A DNA stretch of 64,000 nt from an uncultured Clostridia bacterium (GTDB taxonomy: Bacteria > Bacillota > Clostridia > TANB77 > CAG-508). The translations under genes and the position numbers were made by a program. Below the pieces are notes generated by a model that saw nothing but the letters and a program-made list of their open reading frames with translations, searched no databases and had not been told where the DNA came from. The first letter of the stretch is position 1; each line of letters opens with the position of its first letter. This document shows positions 1-8,846 of this stretch, in pieces. Where the stretch lies: NCBI GenBank assembly GCA_934177485.1, contig CAKPPF010000002.1, positions 75,188 to 139,187 of the forward strand. The letters are read 5' to 3'.

Positions 1-1386
1 TCTTCTTCTTTCTTTGAATTGGTCTTCTTGTTCAGGTTCATATTCTATATTTTGTCCAGTTACATCATTATCATTATACGTTTCTTCATTATCTTTGTTT
101 ATCTCCTCAAGTGCCTCTTTTATGTTTCTATCTATTTGTGCATCTTTATATGGGCTTCCAGCTTTTTTAAATTCATTTTCATCATTATCTGGTTCATTTA
201 TTTTTTTGTTTTCTTTACGTATTAAACATATTAATACTACTATTGCTACTATTATAATGACTACTACTACGATAGCTATAATTGCATATTTTTTTATGCT
301 TCCAATTAAATTGTTAGATGAATTATCATTTTGATTTTTTTCAATAGTGGTAGTTGTTGTTAATGCTTTTATTAATATAATTTGGTAAGTTATTTTTTTG
401 TCACCATTTGTAACCATAATATTAATAGTATTTTCGCCTTCTACCAAATTCGTATTTCCTGTTATTTCAATATTTGCTTTTTCAATATTTGCTTTAGCTT
501 TTACTTTTACACTTGTTAAATTTTCATCATTTAAATTAGTAGAATATGAATATATATCTTTTGAAAATTCAGGTGTTAATTCTATTCCATCTATTTCAAG
601 GCTTGTTAAATATAAGTCTTCGTCTTCTTCTATAACATTTCCCGGTTTTTCCTCTTCTTCAGCTAATTTTGTAACATTTATTTCGTAAGTTTTAGTTGTC
701 TTTTTATCTTCAGCTGTTACAACTATTTTTATATTATTATCAGATCCAACATCAAATCCAGAATTTCCAGTTATTTTTAAACTTGCTTTTGAATCTTCTG
801 TTTTTGCTATAACTTTTAGTGAATCTACATTTGCCGGTACAGTAACACTATATTTTGTTTTGTTTTTATTAAATCCAGAAAAATCATATTGTTTTGGAGT
901 TACTCCTAAAGTTTTTAAGTTTGCATTTGATGATTTTGTTGTGTTGCTGTTATTATTGCTATTATTATTTTCTGTGTTGTTTGTTTCTTTCTTTTCATTA
1001 ACTGTAATATTAATAGATTTTGAAACTGTTTGTTTTTTTAAATCACTACCTGTAATTTGTCCAGATAATTTAATTGTATAGGTTCCCTTTTCTGATGCTT
1101 TAAAATTTGCACTAAGTACATTTTTTGATACTTCGCTTCCAGCAGAGTCTGCATCTTCTGTAGTACCAGAAAGTTCTCCTCCACTTGCTGATAATTTTAA
1201 ATTCCATGCTTCTGTATCTTTTATACTAGCTGAAATTGTAACTGTATCTCCAATATTTATACTAGATTTACTTGCTACAACACTGGCACTAGCAGCGAAT
1301 GTATACTTTGACACTGCCATAATTCCAATAGCTATTATTACTGCTATTATAAATTTAATTCTTTTGCATTTAATATCTGTTTTCAA
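1..1386 (-). CDS. Cell-surface protein with two cadherin-like beta-sandwich domains and a C-terminal TM anchor (3' end runs off the window)
   Basis: My own translation of the minus strand gives an open frame from TTG at 1386 to position 1, with GGAGG 8 nt upstream. It is absent from the ORF track because there is no stop in the window. It has a signal peptide (KFIIAVIIAIGIMAVSKYTFAASA). Two segments fit the cadherin-like beta-sandwich pattern (ANLKTLGVTPKQYDFSGF...TYEINVTK and LYLTSLEIDGIELTPEFSKDIYSYS...ITYQIILIK), followed by the TM helix AIIAIVVVVIIIVAIVVLICLI. Confidence 0.6.
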   Translation of the reverse strand, partial: MKTDIKCKRIKFIIAVIIAIGIMAVSKYTFAASASVVASKSSINIGDTVTISASIKDTEAWNLKLSASGGELSGTTEDADSAGSEVSKNVLSANFKASEKGTYTIKLSGQITGSDLKKQTVSKSINITVNEKKETNNTENNNSNNNSNTTKSSNANLKTLGVTPKQYDFSGFNKNKTKYSVTVPANVDSLKVIAKTEDSKASLKITGNSGFDVGSDNNIKIVVTAEDKKTTKTYEINVTKLAEEEEKPGNVIEEDEDLYLTSLEIDGIELTPEFSKDIYSYSTNLNDENLTSVKVKAKANIEKANIEITGNTNLVEGENTINIMVTNGDKKITYQIILIKALTTTTTIEKNQNDNSSNNLIGSIKKYAIIAIVVVVIIIVAIVVLICLIRKENKKINEPDNDENEFKKAGSPYKDAQIDRNIKEALEEINKDNEETYNDNDVTGQNIEYEPEQEDQFKERRR

Positions 1387-1397
1387 TTTTCTTCCTC

Positions 1398-3041
1398 CTA
1401 TAAATTAATTTTACTTTTGCCAAGTAAAAATCTCTTAAGTATTGCTAAATCTACTACATCTATTTCTTTTCCATCATTTTGTAACATTCCAGCTTTATAA
1501 TAGCAATCTTCTAACTCTTGTTTATTCATTAAATGTCTTTTTAGAAGTGCTAAATCTATTACATCAACTTCTCCATCTCCATTTGTATCTCCCATAACGA
1601 CTGCTGTATATTCTTTACCGTTTACTTCTATTTTTGCACCTGTTTTCAATTCTCCTTTTGCGTCTTTGCTTATCTTAGTTAAATCTGTTCCTGGTACAAT
1701 TTTTATATTTTCGTCTTCAAATTTATATGTCTTATTTGTTGCTGCAACTTTAAAAGTTAACCATTTACTCGCTATATAACCTGTAATTCCATTTGAAAGT
1801 TTTACTTTGTCCCATTTATATCCATCTGCTTCTTTACATTCTCTTTCTAGTACTACAACAACAGTATTTTTATATAATCTTGTTAAAGATTTTGAAGAAG
1901 TTGTTGGTTCTTCTCTCACTGCCAAGCCATCTGTGCAGTTCACAAAGTATAAATCCCCATCATCTGTTGTAAGCTCAGACGGTCTTGAACTTGAGCCTGG
2001 CATATTGTTATATATAGGTATAATAAAATTTAAGTTTTCTTCCAAAATTCCGTTTTTTGCATATGTGTTATATAAAGATGAGGATTGGCTTGTAGGATCT
2101 TGAATATTTGTCATATATTGATGCCAAAACATATCAGAACTTGATACCTGCTTTGTTTCTCCTGTTTTTAAAATTTCAGTTCCAACAACATCCCATTTGT
2201 AAAAATAAGCTGTATTTTGTCCAGCGTTTGTATATGAGTTAGATAATTCTTTTGCACCTTCAATTATTGCTTTATATTGATTATTCCATTCTTTATCTCT
2301 TGCATATTTTAGTGCATTAACTATTGCATTTCCTGTATCGTATGCTCCTAAATTAAAAAAATTATAATATCCTTCATATCCTTCGTATGTTCCCTTTACA
2401 GAGTCGCTTCCATTTCTGCCAACTTCTTGTATTATTTTTGAAGCAATACTGTACGGACTCATATTACTCTTTTCTGCAGCCTCTAATATTATATCTGCAT
2501 AATGTTTTGTATATTCTTTTTCTTCTCCATTTTCATCAACTTTATATGTTATAGTGCTATCTAAAAAACTATTTTTAACTGCATTTTTTACTCCTGCACT
2601 ATTATAAATTTTAGAATTATAAGATATTTCTAAAAACTGAAATATATTAACTTCATTTAGAAAATTTCTAGGGTCTAAATAATATTTAACAATTTCTTCT
2701 GATGCACACGCATATCCACTTGCAACATTTCCACAAGAACATTTCCAAGAATCTTCACTTGTTCTTATTACTCTATTTCTTCCATGTGTTGAAGTTTCAT
2801 TTAAAACCACGGTATCCCAATCTATACCTGTATAATATGCCTCAAAAGTCCAGTTTTTACATTTATCAAGTTTTTGTATTTGTTTTAATATTTTTTGATA
2901 GTCCTCTGGAAAACTTTCTATTCCGCTTTTTAAGGTTTGTGTATATGTTGTAGCTGCAAATACCTTATTAAGTGGAATAATATATATTAATAATATTATA
3001 AATAACGTTAAAAATACCACTTTTTTAGTTATACTTTGCAT
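1398..3041 (-). CDS. Secreted peptidoglycan glucosaminidase-like hydrolase with an SH3b domain and a C-terminal dockerin
   Basis: 547 aa ORF with an AAAGGAG RBS and a signal peptide. The central region resembles mannosyl-glycoprotein endo-beta-N-acetylglucosaminidase (YADIILEAAEKSNMSPYSIASKIIQEVGRNGS...YNFFNLGAYD). An SH3-like segment follows (GLAVREEPTTSSKSL...GYKWDKVKLSNGITGYIASKWL). The C-terminus has duplicated dockerin Ca-binding repeats (GDTNGDGEVDVIDLALLKRHL and NDGKEIDVVDLAILKRFLLG). Confidence 0.65.
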   Translation of the reverse strand: MQSITKKVVFLTLFIILLIYIIPLNKVFAATTYTQTLKSGIESFPEDYQKILKQIQKLDKCKNWTFEAYYTGIDWDTVVLNETSTHGRNRVIRTSEDSWKCSCGNVASGYACASEEIVKYYLDPRNFLNEVNIFQFLEISYNSKIYNSAGVKNAVKNSFLDSTITYKVDENGEEKEYTKHYADIILEAAEKSNMSPYSIASKIIQEVGRNGSDSVKGTYEGYEGYYNFFNLGAYDTGNAIVNALKYARDKEWNNQYKAIIEGAKELSNSYTNAGQNTAYFYKWDVVGTEILKTGETKQVSSSDMFWHQYMTNIQDPTSQSSSLYNTYAKNGILEENLNFIIPIYNNMPGSSSRPSELTTDDGDLYFVNCTDGLAVREEPTTSSKSLTRLYKNTVVVVLERECKEADGYKWDKVKLSNGITGYIASKWLTFKVAATNKTYKFEDENIKIVPGTDLTKISKDAKGELKTGAKIEVNGKEYTAVVMGDTNGDGEVDVIDLALLKRHLMNKQELEDCYYKAGMLQNDGKEIDVVDLAILKRFLLGKSKINL

Positions 3042-3290
3042 ATGTATATTTTTCTCCTTTTTCGCATGTTAAAATTTCAATGAAATTATATCATTTATGT
3101 TTTTTAAGGTCAATAAATATTGAAATTTGTAATAAAAATGTAATATTTTTTCGTCAAATTGAATTTAATGACTTTTTTTTATTTTATTGATTTTTATTAT
3201 ATTTTTTTACATTTTACTATTGTATTTATTTATTTTTTGTTATATTATTTGGTTAATATTATTTATTTTTACTAAGGAGGACTATTTTAA

Positions 3291-4214
3291 ATGCCAAGAA
3301 CTACAAAAGAAGCAAAAACAGAAAATTTAAACAAAGAAGAAACTATTGCAAAGAGTGCTAAAGCTAAAGCTAGTTCAACTACTAAAAAGGCTACAAAAAC
3401 TACTACTTCCAAAGTCAAAAAAACTTCTACAAAAGCATCTTCAAGTAAGTCTAATACTTCTACAAAAAGCACAAAAAAGAAAAGTGCTAGTAGTACCGTT
3501 TCTAAAAAAAGTTCATCTGCTACGACAAAGAAAGCATCAACTAAGAAAAGCACTACTAATGCTACAAAAAGTACAACTAGAAAAACAAGATCTACTAAAA
3601 GCGTAAAAAAATTAGAAGAAAATATTGTTGCTGAATACTATGATTTGCCTTATAGATATAATGAAACAATAGTTAAAATACTATATCAAACTCCAAATGT
3701 ACTTTTTGTTTATTGGGACATTTCAGATTACGATAGAAATAAATTTATTAATGAATATGGAGAAAATTTCTTTAATAATACTGTACCAGTATTAAAGGTA
3801 TTTAATTTAACTAAAAATTATAGTTTTGAAATTGAAATAAATGACTTTGCTAACAGTTGGTATATACATGTAAATGATGCTAATTGTGAATACAAAGTTG
3901 AACTTGGTCGTAAAACAATTAAATATGAAGAAAATATTCATAATGATTATCTTTACATTTCTTCATCTAATGATATTGAATTTCCAAATGACCATATCTT
4001 ATTAGATGAATTACCAAGTAAAGTTAATTTTAGAAATGTAAAAACAAATGAAATTCATACTAAGGATATATCTACTTTACGTTTAATTGGAATTAATAAG
4101 ATATATAAAGTTTATGATTTTTATAAAAGATTTTTCAAAGATGAATTGTTAGAAGATTTAAATACAAATAAAAAGATTATAAACACATCTTCATCCTCAT
4201 CTTCTTGGAATTAG
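3291..4214 (+). CDS. DUF4912-type protein with a ~105 aa Lys/Ser/Thr-rich basic N-terminal tail
   Basis: 307 aa with an AAGGAGG RBS. The C-terminal half (EYYDLPYRYNETIVKILYQTPNVLFVYWDISD...) matches the DUF4912 pattern, a family that typically sits next to GH57 genes. The N-terminus is low-complexity K/S/T/A. Confidence 0.6.
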   Translation: MPRTTKEAKTENLNKEETIAKSAKAKASSTTKKATKTTTSKVKKTSTKASSSKSNTSTKSTKKKSASSTVSKKSSSATTKKASTKKSTTNATKSTTRKTRSTKSVKKLEENIVAEYYDLPYRYNETIVKILYQTPNVLFVYWDISDYDRNKFINEYGENFFNNTVPVLKVFNLTKNYSFEIEINDFANSWYIHVNDANCEYKVELGRKTIKYEENIHNDYLYISSSNDIEFPNDHILLDELPSKVNFRNVKTNEIHTKDISTLRLIGINKIYKVYDFYKRFFKDELLEDLNTNKKIINTSSSSSSWN

Positions 4215-4221
4215 AATATTA

Positions 4222-4244
4222 GGGCAGGCACAACAACCTGCCCC
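4222..4244. repeat. GC-rich palindromic element, copy a (GGGCAGGCACAACAACCTGCCCC)
   Basis: Perfect 7-bp arms GGGCAGG/CCTGCCC in an otherwise AT-rich spacer. It is related to the copies at 28512, 30914, 58461 and 60564. Confidence 0.6.
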
Positions 4245-4276
4245 TACAACGTATTAAATAAATTAAGGAGTTACAA

Positions 4277-5866
4277 ATGAAACAAATAAACGGATATGTA
4301 AGCTTCGTTTTACATGCTCACCTTCCATTTGTTCATCACCCGGAAAGTGAAGATTATTTAGAAGAGCAATGGTTATTTGAAGCTATTTCTGAAACATATA
4401 TACCATTATTATTAAATTTCAAAAAATTAGAGGACGAAAAGGTTGATTTTAGAATTACTATGTCAATGACTCCTCCTCTTCTTTCTATGTTAGACAACAA
4501 ACTATTGCAAAAACGTTACATTAAATATTTAGAAAAGCATATTGAGCTTTGTAAAAAAGAACTTGAGCGTACAAAATATGATGAAAGATTAAATAGTTTA
4601 TCTAAATACTATTTTGATAGATATTCAAATGATTTGCACATATTTAAAGATGTGTATAATTGTAATATTATACACGGTTTCAAACATTTTCAAGATATTG
4701 GCGTATTAGAAATAATAACTTGTGGTGCAACACATGGTTTCTTCCCTATTTTATTTGTTAATGAAAAAACTGTAAGAGCACAAATTGCTGTTGGAGTTCA
4801 GACTTATGAGAAATATTTTGGAAGAAAGCCACGTGGTATTTGGCTTCCAGAATGTGGTTATGTACCAGAGGCTGATAAATATCTAAAAGAATTTGGCATT
4901 GAATATGTTATAACTGAAACGCATGGAATTTTATATGCAAACCCTACCCCTATTTATGGAACTTGTAGCCCAATAGTTTCTCCTGAAGGAGTTGTTGCTT
5001 TTGGTAGAGATTTAGAATCTTCTCGTCAAGTTTGGAGTTCTATAAATGGTTATCCTGGAGATTATAATTATAGAGAATATTATAGAGATATTGGTTATGA
5101 CTTAGATTACGATTACATTAAACCATATATTGCTTCTAATGGTGTTAGAGTTCCAACAAGCATAAAATATTACAGAATTACTGGTAAAGATTGTGAAAAA
5201 GATTATTATAATCCTCAATGGGCTTTAGATTCTGTATATAAACAAGCTGGTCATTTCTTTGACTCAAGGCAGGCTCAAATAAATAATATTGCACCTTATA
5301 TGGATAAACCACCAATTATATTATGTCCTTATGATGCAGAGCTTTACGGTCACTGGTGGTATGAAGGTCCATTATGGCTTTATACTTTATTTAAAAAAAT
5401 TTACTATGATAAATGCAACTTTGCTTTAATTACACCTGGCGAATACATTGATAAATATCCAGAAATGCAAGAATGTACACCATGTCGTTCTAGTTGGGGT
5501 GCTAATGGATACAATGGTGTATGGCTTAACGAAACAAATGATTATGCTCATAGACATTTACATAAAGCCGGAGATAGAATGGTTGAACTTGCTCATCTAT
5601 TCCCTAATGAAAACAACAAATTAAAAAAAGCTGCATTAAACCAATGTGCTCGTGAATTATTGCTTGCGCAGAGTAGTGACTGGTTATTTATAATAACAAA
5701 TGGAACTATGGTAGATTATGCAAAAAAAAGAATAAAAGACCATATTGGTAGATTTACAAAGTTATATTATGCTTTAAAAAATAATGAAATTGATGAAAAA
5801 TTCTTAAAAGATATTAATAAAAAAGATCCTATATTCCCAGATATAGATTACATGATATATTATTAA
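4277..5866 (+). CDS. GH57-family 1,4-alpha-glucan branching enzyme (DUF1957-containing)
   Basis: 529 aa with an AAGGAG RBS. The N-terminus GYVSFVLHAHLPFVHHPE and the later CPYDAELYGHWWYEG are characteristic of GH57 branching enzymes. Confidence 0.8.
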   Translation: MKQINGYVSFVLHAHLPFVHHPESEDYLEEQWLFEAISETYIPLLLNFKKLEDEKVDFRITMSMTPPLLSMLDNKLLQKRYIKYLEKHIELCKKELERTKYDERLNSLSKYYFDRYSNDLHIFKDVYNCNIIHGFKHFQDIGVLEIITCGATHGFFPILFVNEKTVRAQIAVGVQTYEKYFGRKPRGIWLPECGYVPEADKYLKEFGIEYVITETHGILYANPTPIYGTCSPIVSPEGVVAFGRDLESSRQVWSSINGYPGDYNYREYYRDIGYDLDYDYIKPYIASNGVRVPTSIKYYRITGKDCEKDYYNPQWALDSVYKQAGHFFDSRQAQINNIAPYMDKPPIILCPYDAELYGHWWYEGPLWLYTLFKKIYYDKCNFALITPGEYIDKYPEMQECTPCRSSWGANGYNGVWLNETNDYAHRHLHKAGDRMVELAHLFPNENNKLKKAALNQCARELLLAQSSDWLFIITNGTMVDYAKKRIKDHIGRFTKLYYALKNNEIDEKFLKDINKKDPIFPDIDYMIYY

Positions 5867-5893
5867 AACACTAACCATAATGGTTAGTGTTTT
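5865..5893. terminator. Bidirectional rho-independent terminator between convergent genes
   Basis: AAAACACTAACC-ATAA-TGGTTAGTGTTTT is a perfect hairpin flanked by A and T runs. Confidence 0.7.
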
Positions 5894-6948
5894 AATTTGT
5901 CATTTTCTTCTTTTTTTATTTCTTCATGATATATTTTAGATGAGTTATTCCAAGTTTCATATTCTTTATCATTTTTTCTATTTTTTATATTGTATTTTTC
6001 TTGTATTATTTTTCCCAAGTATTTACTTACTTTTTCTGCACCATATACGTTTAAGTGATCACCTTCGTCTGCAGTATCTGTCTTCCAATCAAATCCAAAT
6101 TCCTTATAATTTAAATTCATATCAATAAACTCTAATCCTTGTTCATCTGCGAATTCTTGTGTTTTATTACTTAAATAATATGACCATGATTCTGCAGATG
6201 GTAATTCAATTAAAAGTAATTTTATATTATTTTTTTCACATAGTTTTATCATCTTTTCAAGATATTTAGAGCATTTAGGTCCAATCTCTTTTTCTGGTCT
6301 CTCCTCGTTCATGTAATTTTCTGCATTATTAAATGGTTTTATATCTATATTTAAGTCCATTCCTTTTAAGTCATATTTTTCTATTTTAAATGCATTTATA
6401 AAGTCTTCATCGCTTAACTCAGACCATCTTGAATGAAATCTTGCTATCGGGAAAAAGTATGTTAATATTTCTTTTTTCTTAAACTTGAATGCTTTATCAG
6501 TAACTGCTTCAATTTTATTCTTACTAAACTTCAAATTATCAAATACTTTTCTATAATTGCTTTCACTACATTCGCTTTCATTAAATGCTGAGTCCATATT
6601 TAGCACTATTAATTCAGGCTTTTGGTACTTAAGACATTCCTCCATCAAATAATAGGCCGTCCACATTCTTTGACCAGAAGATGCAAAATCATAACTTACT
6701 ATTCCATACTCATCCCATAATGTTATTGGTGATATTCCTCTATATACATCACTATTTCCCATAAAAACAACATCAACAGAATTTTTAGGTTCTTTATACA
6801 AACCTTTTATTATATACGACATTCTATTGTCTTCTGCAGTTATCCATTTTGGTACAAATATTTTTGTTATAATACTTAATAATAAATATCCTATTAGTAA
6901 AAAGCATATTATTTTAATTATTATTTTTTTATTCAGTTTTTCTTTCAT
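5884..6948 (-). CDS. Membrane-anchored SGNH/GDSL-type protein, DltD-like last gene of the dlt-like operon
   Basis: 354 aa with an N-terminal TM helix. It has a GDS(L)-like block (FMGNSDVYRG) and a distal DxxH (DEGDHLN). It lies directly downstream of the MBOAT gene. Confidence 0.55.
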   Translation of the reverse strand: MKEKLNKKIIIKIICFLLIGYLLLSIITKIFVPKWITAEDNRMSYIIKGLYKEPKNSVDVVFMGNSDVYRGISPITLWDEYGIVSYDFASSGQRMWTAYYLMEECLKYQKPELIVLNMDSAFNESECSESNYRKVFDNLKFSKNKIEAVTDKAFKFKKKEILTYFFPIARFHSRWSELSDEDFINAFKIEKYDLKGMDLNIDIKPFNNAENYMNEERPEKEIGPKCSKYLEKMIKLCEKNNIKLLLIELPSAESWSYYLSNKTQEFADEQGLEFIDMNLNYKEFGFDWKTDTADEGDHLNVYGAEKVSKYLGKIIQEKYNIKNRKNDKEYETWNNSSKIYHEEIKKEENDKLKH

Positions 6949-6980
6949 TCTTTGTTCCCCTTTTAAGCTAACTAAAATTA

Positions 6981-8567
6981 TTAAAATTGCCCATAAATAA
7001 AGCTACTTGCTGAATATCCTTTTCCATATATACCAAAGATGATAATAGCAAATATTGTTACATAATATAATAGCCATCTAAATAGTATGTTCTGTTTGCT
7101 TATTTTTTCTCTTAAATTGTAGCCTTTTTCTTGAAGTAAGCTTACTACAAACATTATAGCTATCCCAATTACTAGAACAACAAAATCCCCAGTGCCAAAA
7201 CCAATCTTAAATAACTCTCCATTGAATAATTTTCCTATATTTTCAAATGTAAAAATAGATTTAAAAATTATCCATGCTTCTTTTAATCTATGTGCTCTAA
7301 AAATTAGCATTCCAACTAAAACAATTATTGTTGTTCTTGTCATTTGCCATAATCTATATCCAAAAGTTTGTGTTTTTATTTTAAATATCTTAATCATTTT
7401 TGTAAATACAGGTTCAAATAACATTCCAAGCATTGTTAAAATATAATAATATAATCCATAAAAAATATATTTCCAACTTGCCCCATGCCATATTCCATTT
7501 CCAAACCATACAAAGAACAATGCAAATGCTGCTGGTATTAATTTACCAATATGTCCTTTGAAAATCTTTTTAGACCACGTTGTTAAATTAATACATGCTT
7601 TTGAGAAAGATACTGGGTAAAAAATATATTCTCTAAGCCATGCTCCTAATGTGATATGCCATCTTCTCCAAAATTCTTGAATGTTTTTAGAAAAAAATGG
7701 TCTTCTAAAGTTTTCAGCCATTGTTATTCCATACATCTGTCCTATTCCTCTTACAATATCTATACAACCTGAAAACTCAGCATATATTTGAACTGTATAC
7801 AAAATTACTGCCATAACAATTATTATTCCACTATAGCTACTATAGTTACCAAAAACTTCATTTACATATAAAGCTGCTCTATCCGCAATAACCATTTTTT
7901 TGAATAGTCCCCATAGCATAAGTTGTAATGAAAATTTAACTCTAGTATAGTCAAACTCATGTGGTTCATATAATTGTTCTGCTAATTCATCAAATTTTCC
8001 AATTGGTCCTTCTATCATTTGAGGGAAGAAAGATAAAAATAATGCAACTTTGCCAAAATTTTTTTCAGCTTTATATTTTCCTCTATATACATCTACAACA
8101 TAGCTAATTGCTTGTAATGTGTAATAAGATATTCCTAAAGGTAATACTATTTTTCTTAATGGAATTGAAATAGCAAAATTGCACAAATGAATTAGTTTAT
8201 TAATGTTTTCGCTTATAAAATTTCCATATTTTAAAACTGCCAAAATTCCAAAGTTAATTATTATAGTTAGAATTAATACAGTTTTCTTGTTTTTATTAGC
8301 TTTTTGCTTTAATTCTTTCTTTTCTTTTTTCTCTAATCCTTCACATTTTGCTTTTGTTTTTATATCTATTTTATTCATTGCCAATGCTGCATAATAAATT
8401 GATACAGTTGTAATAATTAGAAATATTGAAAGCTTTGCACTAGACAAAAAATAATATATGTAACTTCCTACTAATAATACACACCATCTTATTTTTTTAG
8501 GCATCAAAAAATAAAGCAATGTTATTGCTATTAGGAAAACTCCAAATTTTAATGAAATTATTGACAT
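6981..8567 (-). CDS. MBOAT-family membrane O-acyltransferase (DltB/AlgI-like)
   Basis: 528 aa polytopic membrane protein. The conserved MBOAT region is FWRRWHITLGAWLREYIFYP...GNGIWHGASW. Confidence 0.75.
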   Translation of the reverse strand: MSIISLKFGVFLIAITLLYFLMPKKIRWCVLLVGSYIYYFLSSAKLSIFLIITTVSIYYAALAMNKIDIKTKAKCEGLEKKEKKELKQKANKNKKTVLILTIIINFGILAVLKYGNFISENINKLIHLCNFAISIPLRKIVLPLGISYYTLQAISYVVDVYRGKYKAEKNFGKVALFLSFFPQMIEGPIGKFDELAEQLYEPHEFDYTRVKFSLQLMLWGLFKKMVIADRAALYVNEVFGNYSSYSGIIIVMAVILYTVQIYAEFSGCIDIVRGIGQMYGITMAENFRRPFFSKNIQEFWRRWHITLGAWLREYIFYPVSFSKACINLTTWSKKIFKGHIGKLIPAAFALFFVWFGNGIWHGASWKYIFYGLYYYILTMLGMLFEPVFTKMIKIFKIKTQTFGYRLWQMTRTTIIVLVGMLIFRAHRLKEAWIIFKSIFTFENIGKLFNGELFKIGFGTGDFVVLVIGIAIMFVVSLLQEKGYNLREKISKQNILFRWLLYYVTIFAIIIFGIYGKGYSASSFIYGQF

Positions 8568-8591
8568 GATGTTTATCCCCCAATTTTATTT

Positions 8592-8819
8592 TTATTCTTC
8601 TTCTAATCTTTGAATTAATTTATACATTGCTTCTGCTGAATTAAAATTCTCTGGTAATATGTCTTTTGCTGTAATTTGAATATCAAATTCCTCATCAAGA
8701 GCAGCAACTAATGTTACAATATCAAATGAATCAAGAATCTCATCATCAATTAAACTATTATTATTTTTAAAATCTACCCCTGGTTTAATTCTTTCTAAAA
8801 CTTTAAATAAATCTTCCAT
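8592..8819 (-). CDS. dltC: D-alanyl/acyl carrier protein (DltC-like)
   Basis: 75 aa with a phosphopantetheine attachment context (LDSFDIVTLVAALDEEF), located between the ligase and the MBOAT gene. Confidence 0.65.
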   Translation of the reverse strand: MEDLFKVLERIKPGVDFKNNNSLIDDEILDSFDIVTLVAALDEEFDIQITAKDILPENFNSAEAMYKLIQRLEEE

Positions 8820-8846
8820 TTTTATGTTCCTTTCTTTATATAAATT

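Noticed and set aside
14-1081. Plus-strand ORFs 14..334, 19..225, 398..688 and 860..1081 from the six-frame track
   Set aside because: They give low-complexity Phe/Ile/Ser-rich translations with no RBS. They lie antisense to a continuous, well-supported minus-strand ORF (1..1386) that has recognisable domains, so they are shadow ORFs typical of AT-rich DNA.
4222-4244. GC-rich palindromes as ordinary rho-independent terminators
   Set aside because: In all five copies the T-run precedes the stem on the plus strand, so an A-run follows it on the minus strand. Neither strand has a stem followed by a U-tract. One copy lies inside a coding region and another inside an operon spacer (ffh-rpsP).
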